Below are positions 1 to 8,135 of a stretch of DNA of 64,000 nucleotides, piece by piece (position 1 is the stretch's first letter; every line of letters starts with the position of its first letter). This stretch comes from an uncultured Clostridium sp. (lineage in GTDB: Bacteria > Bacillota > Clostridia > Oscillospirales > Ruminococcaceae). Where the stretch lies: the NCBI GenBank assembly GCA_964621265.1, contig CAZULQ010000008.1, positions 49 to 64,048 of the forward strand, in the 5' to 3' direction. The notes under the pieces were generated by a model that was not told the origin of the DNA, made no database searches, and was given only the letters and a program-made list of their open reading frames with translations. The position numbers and the translations under genes are program-made.

Positions 1-146
1 GGTTTGACAACTTGTACCCGTTATTTTGTTGCCTGGATTATTATTTTTCAACAATTTTCTTGCTTTCAACATACCCCTGTTGAAATTTTACTATTATATA
101 AAACAAGCATTCATACATAATATAAACCATAAAGGAGGTATCTGTC

Positions 147-842
147 ATGCTTATCAATCTGCTTAATAGTATTTTATCCAATATTTTTTTCTTTGCACTT
201 CATGTTGATTCACGCAACGTTTTTCCAAAGCCACTCTCCCGAACCGAGGAGGAAGAAGCTTTTCGGCAAATGGGCGAAGGAAGTACGAATGCAAAAAACA
301 GACTCATCGAACACAATCTCAGGCTTGTTGCGCACATTATCAAGAAATATTACTCCAACAATACAGAACAGGACGAATTAATTTCCATCGGCACAATCGG
401 TCTCATTAAAGCTGTTTCCACTTATGATTACACCAAAGGAAACCGCTTTGCCACTTATGCATCAAGGTGTATTGAAAACGAAATCCTCATGCATTTTCGC
501 TCAAAAAAGAAGTCTGCCTCTGATGTCTACATAGATGAACCTGTTGATACTGACAAGGACGGAAATCAGCTTACGCTCTCCGACATTCTCGGAGACGGTG
601 AAGATATCATAGAAAAGGTTGACTTGTCAATCCGTTCTGCTCAGCTTTATAAATTTCTCGACAGCTGTCTCTCCCCCCGTGAGCTTGAAATAATCAAGCT
701 TCGCTACGGGCTTTATGGTTGCACACCTCTCACTCAGAGAGAGGTTGCCAAGCGTCTTGATATTTCACGTTCATATGTTTCCCGCATTGAAAAAAAGGCA
801 CTTTGTGAGCTGAAAAAGATGTATGACAAGTCCCCATATTAA
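147..842 (+). CDS. sigK: Pro-sigma-K, late mother-cell sporulation sigma factor (intact, uninterrupted)
   Basis: Hydrophobic pro-peptide then FPKPLS...LIEHNLRLVAHIIKKY, ELISIGTIGLIKAV, RFATYASRCIENEILM and HTH LTQREVAKRLDISRSYVSRIEK; GGAGG SD upstream. Confidence 0.93.
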   Translation: MLINLLNSILSNIFFFALHVDSRNVFPKPLSRTEEEEAFRQMGEGSTNAKNRLIEHNLRLVAHIIKKYYSNNTEQDELISIGTIGLIKAVSTYDYTKGNRFATYASRCIENEILMHFRSKKKSASDVYIDEPVDTDKDGNQLTLSDILGDGEDIIEKVDLSIRSAQLYKFLDSCLSPRELEIIKLRYGLYGCTPLTQREVAKRLDISRSYVSRIEKKALCELKKMYDKSPY

Positions 843-847
843 AAGAA

Positions 848-873
848 AAATCCCAAGAAACATCTTGGGATTT
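848..873. terminator. Bidirectional intrinsic terminator between convergent sigK and phosphatase
   Basis: AAATCCCAAGA-AACA-TCTTGGGATTT perfect inverted repeat with A/T flanks. Confidence 0.8.
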
Positions 874-888
874 ACTCATTATCTAAGA

Positions 889-1464
889 TTATTGTTTTGG
901 CATTATATCATATTTATTGATTTCAACACACTTGTCGTCATCAAAAACAAATTCAACAACCCACGGCATAACACACCTGATTTTCTCAAATTCTTCATAA
1001 CCGAACGAACTGTCATAGTAATTGACGATAGTGCTAAGAGCTGTTCCATGACTGCCTATTGCTATATTTTTGCCCGAATACTTTTTCAACACAGTTTTCA
1101 GTGCTGATATATTTCTATCCTGCACTTCCTTAAGGCATTCACCATCTGACAACTTATAACTAAAATCACTCCATTGCTTTTTCGCAAACGCATCAAAATC
1201 TTCAATCCAGCAACTATCAATTTTTCTTTCTCGAAAATCATCAATAATTTCCACATTAATTCCATTTTTATTTGCAAAATCAGCAACAGTATCTATTGAT
1301 CTCTTATACGGACTTGATAAAACAACCGTCACCTGCTTATCAGATAAAAACTCGGTAACATATTTTCTGTCATTCAATCCTTTTTCAGTCAGTTCGCGAA
1401 GAACATCATCATGGTTATTATAATTAGGCTGTGCATGACGAACAAAATAAACTTTTGTTATCAT
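889..1464 (-). CDS. Histidine phosphatase superfamily (phosphoglycerate mutase-like) protein
   Basis: VYFVRHAQ (RHG-like), [19 protein letters not shown] motifs; ATGA overlap with metK stop. Confidence 0.85.
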   Translation of the reverse strand: MITKVYFVRHAQPNYNNHDDVLRELTEKGLNDRKYVTEFLSDKQVTVVLSSPYKRSIDTVADFANKNGINVEIIDDFRERKIDSCWIEDFDAFAKKQWSDFSYKLSDGECLKEVQDRNISALKTVLKKYSGKNIAIGSHGTALSTIVNYYDSSFGYEEFEKIRCVMPWVVEFVFDDDKCVEINKYDIMPKQ

Positions 1465-2657
1465 AATTCATCCAAAGCCTTTTTAAGATCATCAACCTTG
1501 TCTGTCTTTTCCCATACAACGCCGAGGTCCTCACGTCCCATGTGACCATAAGCCGCAAGCTTTCTGTACTGAGGCTTTTTGAGGTTAAGCATCTTGATAA
1601 TAGCCGCAGGTCTGAGGTCAAACACCTTGTCAACTGCCGCAGAAATCTTGGCTTCGTCAACCTTGCCTGTACCGAATGTGTCAACGAGTACAGAAACAGG
1701 CTTTGCAACACCGATTGCATACGCAAGCTGTACTTCACACTTGTCAGCCCAGCCGGCCGCTACGATATTTTTAGCGATATATCTTGAAGCATACGCTGCT
1801 GAACGGTCAACCTTTGTCGGGTCTTTACCTGAGAAAGCACCGCCGCCGTGACGGGCATAGCCACCATAAGTATCAACGATAATCTTTCTACCTGTCAGAC
1901 CGCTGTCACCCTGTGGACCACCGATAACAAATCTGCCAGTCGGGTTGATGTAGTACTTAGTATTTTCATCAAGAAGTTCTGCAGGAATAACAGGCTTGAT
2001 AACGTATTCCATAACATCCTTCTTAATCTGGTCAAGTGAAATTTCAGGTGAATGCTGTGATGAAACAACAACAGCCTCAACTCTTACAGGCTTGTCACCA
2101 TCGTATTCAACAGTAACCTGTGATTTTCCGTCCGGACGGAGATAACGGAGTGTGCCGTCCTTTCTCACTTCTGTAAGCTTCATTGAAAGCTTGTGTGCAA
2201 GTGAAATCGGCATAGGCATAAGCTCAAGAGTTTCGTTGCAGGCGTAGCCGAACATAAGTCCCTGGTCACCTGCACCAGTTGAGTTATCGTCCTTGATTTC
2301 GCCTTCCTTTGATTCAAGCGCTTCGTTAACGCCCATTGCAATGTCGCCCGACTGTTCGTCTATAGTTGTAATAACTGAACAAGTGTGAGCGTCAAAGCCG
2401 TATTTAGCTCTGTCGTAGCCGATATCAGCTACAACCTGTCTTGCAATTTTAGGGATATCTGCATAGCCCTTTGTGCTGATTTCGCCCATGCACATAATCA
2501 TACCTGTTGTGCATACTGTCTCACACGCAACTCTTGATTCAGGGTCCTGTTCTAAGAGAGCGTCAAGTACTGCGTCTGAAATCTGGTCACAGATTTTATC
2601 TGGATGACCTTCTGTTACTGATTCTGATGTAAAAAATCTTCTTACTGCTTCTGCCAT
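1461..2657 (-). CDS. metK: S-adenosylmethionine synthetase
   Basis: [28 protein letters not shown] signatures. Confidence 0.99.
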   Translation of the reverse strand: MAEAVRRFFTSESVTEGHPDKICDQISDAVLDALLEQDPESRVACETVCTTGMIMCMGEISTKGYADIPKIARQVVADIGYDRAKYGFDAHTCSVITTIDEQSGDIAMGVNEALESKEGEIKDDNSTGAGDQGLMFGYACNETLELMPMPISLAHKLSMKLTEVRKDGTLRYLRPDGKSQVTVEYDGDKPVRVEAVVVSSQHSPEISLDQIKKDVMEYVIKPVIPAELLDENTKYYINPTGRFVIGGPQGDSGLTGRKIIVDTYGGYARHGGGAFSGKDPTKVDRSAAYASRYIAKNIVAAGWADKCEVQLAYAIGVAKPVSVLVDTFGTGKVDEAKISAAVDKVFDLRPAAIIKMLNLKKPQYRKLAAYGHMGREDLGVVWEKTDKVDDLKKALDEL

Positions 2658-2701
2658 AATTTTTCATTCCTTTCATTTTTTAGAAATATTCACCTTTATA
2701 T

Positions 2702-2735
2702 AAACAAAAACACGTTCGGCTAAACTCCGAACGTG
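2702..2735 (-). terminator. Intrinsic terminator of the SAM riboswitch expression platform
   Basis: CACGTTCGG-loop-CCGAACGTG stem followed by TTTTTGTTT on the minus strand, between aptamer and metK. Confidence 0.85.
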
Positions 2736-2752
2736 TGATTTTCATTAAAAAT

Positions 2753-2854
2753 CCTCATCTCTCGGATAAACCGCAGGAATTAGCACCTTTTTCGCTTAAC
2801 GCAATCAGGTTGCCGGGCTTCACAGGACCTGTTCCTCCACCACTCTTGATAAGG
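2753..2854 (-). ncRNA. SAM-I (S-box) riboswitch
   Basis: Minus strand reads CTTATCAAGAGTGGTGGAGGAACAGGTCCTGTGAAGCCCGGCAACC...AAGGTGCTAATTCC...AGATGAGG, the S-box consensus, upstream of metK. Confidence 0.96.
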
Positions 2855-2874
2855 TAAATATATTTCTTGTTTAT

Positions 2875-2903
2875 ATTATACTACTATGAAGACATTTTGT
2901 CAA
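2875..2903 (-). promoter_or_regulatory. SigA promoter for metK leader
   Basis: TTGACA-17 nt-TATAAT just upstream of the S-box. Confidence 0.85.
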
Positions 2904-3015
2904 TAGAGAACGAATAATAAAGCGATATGTATTTTTTAGCAGAAAGCTATTACCCGTTATTTTGATTTTATGTAACAGTTAAATTGGGATTTGTAAATAT
3001 ATTCTATCGTCATAT

Positions 3016-3417
3016 TTAATCAATTATACGAAGAGTCACACTATTTGTTTTTTTATCGCTGAAAATAAAAAAGTCTCCGTAAATTGTTTCGTTACCAATA
3101 TTGTATTTGAACGATATTGTGTGTAAGCCTTTTGCTAATGGTTCATCTTTATCATCAGTAATTATAACTGGCACAGTAATATTCTCATTAACAAATTGAT
3201 CAAAGCTTTTTTGTGTCGATATATCAAGAAACTGGTCATTCCACAAACCCACACGACTGTAATCGTCAATTATAAGTTCCTCTGTTTCATTAATACCGAA
3301 TGTCTGAATTGCTTGTTCTTTTTCAGATTTGTGATAGAAATATGATGCAATACAGACTATTGTGATTATAGTGAGCAGTATAATAGGGATAACAATAAAT
3401 GATTTTTTAGACTTCAT
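3016..3417 (-). CDS. Hypothetical AT-rich protein with N-terminal membrane anchor
   Basis: 133-aa ORF with GGAGG SD; MKSKKS followed by a hydrophobic helix; no recognisable family. Confidence 0.65.
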   Translation of the reverse strand: MKSKKSFIVIPIILLTIITIVCIASYFYHKSEKEQAIQTFGINETEELIIDDYSRVGLWNDQFLDISTQKSFDQFVNENITVPVIITDDKDEPLAKGLHTISFKYNIGNETIYGDFFIFSDKKTNSVTLRIID

Positions 3418-3487
3418 TTTCAGTATACCTCCAAATTCTTGTTTATCCTAATCCTGTTATCGTAATATCACAAAACAATTCCAAAAC

Positions 3488-3517
3488 AAAAGAACGCCCT
3501 TAAAAAGAGCGTTCTTT
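3488..3517 (-). terminator. Intrinsic terminator after efp-CD1247-like genes
   Basis: AAAGAACGC...GCGTTCTTT stem with T-tract on the minus strand. Confidence 0.75.
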
Positions 3518-3522
3518 AAAAA

Positions 3523-3987
3523 TTATTCTTCAGTCTTGTCTGCCTCAATGTCAGCAACTTCAATGTCATCAAAATCAAATTCAAGACATGAGCCGCAGTT
3601 AGGGCAGTCGATTGAGCCTTCCTCGAGCATATACTCGTCAAGGATTACAGTGTCGCCGCATTCAGGGCAGCAAACCTCATAAAGCTCATCATCGTCAAAA
3701 TCGTCGTCACAGTCGCAATCGCAGTCACAATCATCGCAATCACAATCACAGCCGCAATCGCAGTCATCGAAATAGAGGTCTTCTTCAACCTCGCCTAAAT
3801 CTGCATCAAGGATATCGCAAAGCTCAGTAAGCTCATCAATCTGTGCCTGCATATCGTCAACAGTTTTCACCATTTCCTGCATAACCTCAGTCATCTGAAC
3901 GAGTGCTTTGCCTTCCTTTGTAGTAGTATCAATTTCCATACCGTCGAGCAGACCTTTTAAGTATGACATTTTTTCACAAAGCTTCAT
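3523..3987 (-). CDS. CD1247 N-terminal-domain protein with Cys/Asp-rich tract and C-terminal Zn-ribbon
   Basis: EKMSYLKGLLDG N-terminus, DCDCGCDCDCDDCDC tract, CPECG...CPNCG; directly downstream of efp. Confidence 0.8.
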   Translation of the reverse strand: MKLCEKMSYLKGLLDGMEIDTTTKEGKALVQMTEVMQEMVKTVDDMQAQIDELTELCDILDADLGEVEEDLYFDDCDCGCDCDCDDCDCDCDCDDDFDDDELYEVCCPECGDTVILDEYMLEEGSIDCPNCGSCLEFDFDDIEVADIEADKTEE

Positions 3988-4031
3988 AAGAATCTCCTTT
4001 CAAAGCTCAAAATAATTTTAAAAAGCTGAAA

Positions 4032-4589
4032 TTAAGCTCTTTCCATGTATTCGCCTGTTCTTGTATCGATACGAATCATTTCGTTTTCGTTGATGAACAG
4101 AGGAACTCTAACTTCTGCGCCTGTTTCGAGTGTTGCAGGCTTTGTAGCGTTTGTAGCTGTATCGCCCTTAACGCCCGGTTCTGTTGCAGTAACCATAAGT
4201 TCTACGAATGTAGGTGGTTCAACTGCGAAAACCTTACCCTTGTAAGAACAGATCTTACAAATCATTTCTTCCTTAACGAACTTGAAGTTGTCGCCGAGGA
4301 TATCTGTACCGATTGGCACCTGTTCATAGGATTCCATATCCATGAAGTAGTAAAGCTCGCCATCGTTGTAAGAATACTGCATATCCTTTCTTTCAATGAA
4401 AGCTGTTGGATACTTATCAGTTGGGTTGAATGAACGTTCAACAACTGCGCCTGTGATAACGTTCTTGAACTTTGTTCTTACGAACGCTGCACCCTTACCA
4501 GGCTTAACATGCTGGAATTCGATAACCTGAACAACCTGTCCATCCATTTCGAATGTAACACCATTTCTGAAATCACCTGCTGAAATCAT
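4032..4589 (-). CDS. efp: Translation elongation factor P
   Basis: [36 protein letters not shown]; start refined to ATG 4589 from GAGGAG SD spacing. Confidence 0.98.
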   Translation of the reverse strand: MISAGDFRNGVTFEMDGQVVQVIEFQHVKPGKGAAFVRTKFKNVITGAVVERSFNPTDKYPTAFIERKDMQYSYNDGELYYFMDMESYEQVPIGTDILGDNFKFVKEEMICKICSYKGKVFAVEPPTFVELMVTATEPGVKGDTATNATKPATLETGAEVRVPLFINENEMIRIDTRTGEYMERA

Positions 4590-4741
4590 ATACATCTCCT
4601 CACTGTATTCTGCAAATGCAAAAACAGTACCGTCCTTGCGGCTGACGGTAAGCCGAAATTTTTAAATTAAACATAATCATAAATCAGATTATAGTAGTTA
4701 TATTTATTTTACTACATTTCTTACAATTTTGCAATACCCTT

Positions 4742-5809
4742 TTATAAAATTATAAGATTTTTAGGGCAATTCGTCAGATTTTTGCAGTTTTTTTCAGTAA
4801 CTACAACAAAATCTTCAATTCTGACGCCAAATTCTCCCGGAAGATAGATTCCCGGTTCAACCGTCACTATCATGTTTTCCGTAAGCTGTTCTTTAGACTT
4901 TTCGGAAGCAGTGGGCGCCTCATGTATTTCCATTCCCACTCCGTGCCCCAGAGAATGCCCGAAGTATTCACCAAAACCTGCTTTTTCAATAACATCTCTC
5001 GCGCTTTTATCAAGCTCTGCACATGAAATGCCGCTTTTTACAAATTCAAGCGCTTTAAGCTGTGCCTCAAGGACTGTTTCGTATACACTTATCATTTTGT
5101 CTGTCGGCTGACCGACACAGACAGTTCTTGTCATGTCGCTGTGATATCCGTCATAGACAGCACCATAGTCCATAAGAACAAAGTCGCCGTTTTGTATAAC
5201 ATAATCAGACGGAACTCCGTGTGGCATGGAAGTATTTTTTCCGCCGAGAGCAATAGTCTCAAATGAAAGTGCCTCAGCACCGTTTCTGAGCATATACTCA
5301 TCAAGACAAAGTGAAATTTCACGCTCAGTAACACCGGGCTTTATGAAATTCAGTACCTCATCAAATGCTTTCTCAGCAATCCTCTGGGCAGAAATAATTT
5401 TTGAGATTTCATCTTCATTTTTAACAATTCTGAGCTTTGATATACTCTCGCTGAGTCGCTTATCCTTAATAAATTCATATTCAGGAAATTTCTCCTCATA
5501 AAAAGCCATACGGGAAAGCGTCATGTCCTCCGCCTCAACGGCAATGGTTTTTGCGCCATGCTTTTCCATAAGCCCGCATATCTGTTCCCTTGTATTCTTA
5601 AGCTCGATTACCTCACAGCTTCTGACAGTAGCTTTCGCCTTTTCGATATAACGAAAATCAATCAGAAGATACGCCTCATTTTCAAATGCAAGAACAAGTC
5701 CTGCCGAAGATTTCATTCCCGTTAAATATCTTCTGCTGATATCCGATGTTATAAGCGCACAGTCTGCGCCCTCGGGAAGTACAAGTCTTTCTGTATTATT
5801 CACGCTCAT
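4742..5809 (-). CDS. Xaa-Pro aminopeptidase (M24B)
   Basis: SMPHG, DYGAVYDGYHSDMTRT, FGHSLGHGVG, VTVEPGIY, GVRIED; aroQ-peptidase-efp order as in other Firmicutes. Confidence 0.93.
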   Translation of the reverse strand: MSVNNTERLVLPEGADCALITSDISRRYLTGMKSSAGLVLAFENEAYLLIDFRYIEKAKATVRSCEVIELKNTREQICGLMEKHGAKTIAVEAEDMTLSRMAFYEEKFPEYEFIKDKRLSESISKLRIVKNEDEISKIISAQRIAEKAFDEVLNFIKPGVTEREISLCLDEYMLRNGAEALSFETIALGGKNTSMPHGVPSDYVIQNGDFVLMDYGAVYDGYHSDMTRTVCVGQPTDKMISVYETVLEAQLKALEFVKSGISCAELDKSARDVIEKAGFGEYFGHSLGHGVGMEIHEAPTASEKSKEQLTENMIVTVEPGIYLPGEFGVRIEDFVVVTEKNCKNLTNCPKNLIIL

Positions 5810-6243
5810 TCCTCCGAATATTTTGAGAGAGCGTCAATCGCCATAAGATAGCTTGCAAAACCAAAGCCTGAAATACTGCCCTTGCATACAGGAGCAATGA
5901 CAGATTCTTTTCTGAACTCATCTCTTGCGAAGACATTGCTGATATGTACCTCAACAACAGGAATTCTTATCGCAGAAATTGCATCACGGATTGCATAGCT
6001 GTAATGAGTATAAGCGCCTGCGTTAAGCGCAACTCCGTCAAACTCCTTTCTTGCGCTGTGAAGCTTATCTATAATAGCGCCCTCGTGATTGGACTGGAAA
6101 ATTTCACATTTAATTCCAAGCTCGTCCGCCTTGTCCATGATTTTTGCGCTGAGGTCAGCGTAGCTTTCGCCGCCATAGATTCCGGGCTCACGCTCACCAA
6201 GAAGATTAAGATTAGGACCATTAATAACAAGTATTTTTTTCAT
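5806..6243 (-). CDS. aroQ: Type II 3-dehydroquinate dehydratase
   Basis: INGPNLNLLGEREPGIYG, FQSNHEG, NAGAYTHYS, EVHISN. Confidence 0.97.
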   Translation of the reverse strand: MKKILVINGPNLNLLGEREPGIYGGESYADLSAKIMDKADELGIKCEIFQSNHEGAIIDKLHSARKEFDGVALNAGAYTHYSYAIRDAISAIRIPVVEVHISNVFARDEFRKESVIAPVCKGSISGFGFASYLMAIDALSKYSEE

Positions 6244-6246
6244 AGC

Positions 6247-7107
6247 TTATCCTTTCTGTGCAAATCCCTGATAGCTCTGCTTCATTGCCAGAGCGTCCTC
6301 AGCCTGCGTACCTGCACTTTCGCACACAAAAATCGGTGAAAGATTCTTTTTTGCAACAATCTCCATAAGCGGCTCAAAATCAGGACCGTATTCACAGTCC
6401 TCAAAAGTGAGATGCTTTTTCTCACCGCCAGGATTTGTGTACATAATCTTTGAAAAATGGCTGTGGAAAACCTTTGCTCTGTCAGAGCCGATTTTGTTCT
6501 CCACAAGCTCAATCATTTTAGCATAGTCGTCGCCGCTTTTTATTCCGCCGAATGTTCTTGCATTAAGATGCCCGAAATCAATTGTTGGAATGAATGTGTC
6601 ATCAAGAAGGCAAAGCTCAAGCACTTCCTCAAGCGTACCAAGCTGATTTACCTTGCCCATTGTTTCAGGACAGAAGTGGATTTTTTCAAACCCCTGTTCA
6701 ATCGCCTGTTTTCTCGCTCTTGTGAGTGTGTCCTTCGCAAGCTCAAGCGCTTCCTCACGGCTTATCTTGGAGCACGAACCACTGTGAATTACAATTCTGT
6801 CCGCGCCTATTCTCATCGCCGCATCACAGCTCTGAAGTATGTAGTTTATGCTGTTATCACGTTTTTCAGCTTCGAGCGACGAGAGCGAAATGAAGTAAGG
6901 TGCATGAAGCGAAAGTCCTATGCCATGCTCCTGCGCCGCACTGCGTACTGCATTTGCCACCTTATCGCTCACCTTAACACCTCTGCCGCACTGATACTCA
7001 TACCAGTCAAGCCCCATTTCCTTTAAGAAAAGCGGAGCCTTGTCCGTTGATTTGTATTTTGCGGAAAAGCTTTCCGAGTTTCCCGCAGGTCCGAATTTTG
7101 CTGCCAT
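6247..7107 (-). CDS. Endonuclease IV-like TIM-barrel (AP endonuclease family 2) protein
   Basis: SLHAPYFISL, IVIHSG, PETMGK, TIDFGHLNAR, HSHFS, ICES metal-ligand pattern. Confidence 0.8.
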   Translation of the reverse strand: MAAKFGPAGNSESFSAKYKSTDKAPLFLKEMGLDWYEYQCGRGVKVSDKVANAVRSAAQEHGIGLSLHAPYFISLSSLEAEKRDNSINYILQSCDAAMRIGADRIVIHSGSCSKISREEALELAKDTLTRARKQAIEQGFEKIHFCPETMGKVNQLGTLEEVLELCLLDDTFIPTIDFGHLNARTFGGIKSGDDYAKMIELVENKIGSDRAKVFHSHFSKIMYTNPGGEKKHLTFEDCEYGPDFEPLMEIVAKKNLSPIFVCESAGTQAEDALAMKQSYQGFAQKG

Positions 7108-7114
7108 TTATATT

Positions 7115-7606
7115 TCACTTCCCTCTGCTGAGCTTTGGCAGAAACGGTTTTTCTGCCCATCTTTTGAATTTGAAAAACTTAGTTTTTTCATGCTCAATCG
7201 GATAAACGTATATCCCTCTTATTCTTTTTAAATTTGCACCGAGTATATCCGTATAAATCTGGTCGCCGACAACTGCCAGCTGAGAAAACGGTATTCCCAT
7301 CTGCTTCTGTGCCCTGTTAAAACCGCTCGATAGCGGCTTTTTACCCTCACTTATAAATTCAAGTCCCAGCATATCCGCAAAAGGCTTGACTCTCGGCGGA
7401 TGATTGTTTGAAACAATCACAAGCTTAATACCTGCTTTTTTCATCGAATCAATCCATTCGAGAACACCTTCTCCCGGAACAGGATTGTCATGAGTTGTAA
7501 GGGTATTGTCAAGATCAAGTAAAAGTCCCTTTATATTATTTTTGAGTAAAAATTCAGGAGTAATCTCCGTTACTCTCCAGAATGCAAAATCCGATTTAAA
7601 AAGCAT
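7115..7606 (-). CDS. yqeG: YqeG-family HAD IIIA phosphatase
   Basis: LLDLDNTL, VSNN, KKP, VVGDQIYTDILGAN. Confidence 0.9.
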   Translation of the reverse strand: MLFKSDFAFWRVTEITPEFLLKNNIKGLLLDLDNTLTTHDNPVPGEGVLEWIDSMKKAGIKLVIVSNNHPPRVKPFADMLGLEFISEGKKPLSSGFNRAQKQMGIPFSQLAVVGDQIYTDILGANLKRIRGIYVYPIEHEKTKFFKFKRWAEKPFLPKLSRGK

Positions 7607-7682
7607 GTATGTTCTCCGATAGCACTTAATTTATTATATAACATTTCCTTGTCGAACAAGGTAGAATTCATGTAATGAAAAC

Positions 7683-7709
7683 AAAAAAGCGAGCTTTCGC
7701 CCGCTTTTT
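7683..7709 (-). terminator. Intrinsic terminator after rpsU
   Basis: GCGGGC-GAAA-GCTCGC stem then TTTTTT on the minus strand. Confidence 0.8.
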
Positions 7710-7746
7710 CCTTGCACCAAGATTGCAACGCAATCGTTAATACTGA

Positions 7747-7920
7747 TTAATATTTACGCTTACGAGCTGCCTCAGACTTCTTCTTACGCTTAACTGAAGG
7801 CTTTTCGTAATGTTCTCTCTTACGAACTTCAGCAATAACGCCGTCCTTAGCACATGATCTCTTAAAACGCTTAAGAGCTGTGTCTAATGATTCGTTCTTA
7901 CCAACGCGAACTTCTGCCAC
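7747..7920 (-). CDS. rpsU: 30S ribosomal protein S21
   Basis: [20 protein letters not shown]...[10 protein letters not shown]; start refined to GTG 7920 behind GGAGG. Confidence 0.97.
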   Translation of the reverse strand: MAEVRVGKNESLDTALKRFKRSCAKDGVIAEVRKREHYEKPSVKRKKKSEAARKRKY

Positions 7921-8078
7921 TGTTTTCCCTCCCTTTGCCTCAAAGACAGAGGTTTTTAGAGCAAACTTCTCTGCTTCTAAATATATACTAATCATTTTAT
8001 GCCCGAAGGCACAAATGTCAGCTTATCAAACCTTGTTTTGCTGCAACAGCAGATAAAATTTTATATAACTTATAATAC

Positions 8079-8107
8079 ATTTTATCACATAAATGCATAA
8101 TTGTCAA
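8079..8107 (-). promoter_or_regulatory. SigA promoter for rpsU
   Basis: TTGACA-17 nt-TAAAAT with TGn extended -10. Confidence 0.8.
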
Positions 8108-8135
8108 GCATATTTTTCCGTAAGGTTAAATTTTG

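Noticed and set aside
147-842. skin-like prophage excision element in sigK
   Set aside because: Reading frame is continuous and no recombinase is nearby
6457-7026. 189-aa plus-strand ORF (similar cases: 42616-43176, 52817-53317, 14245-14673)
   Set aside because: Entirely antisense to well-supported genes; typical shadow ORFs
7996-8016. Shared GCCCGAAGGC 10-mer between the rpsU leader and the Clp hairpin
   Set aside because: Explained by the common CTTCGG stable-loop sequence; too short to imply common origin
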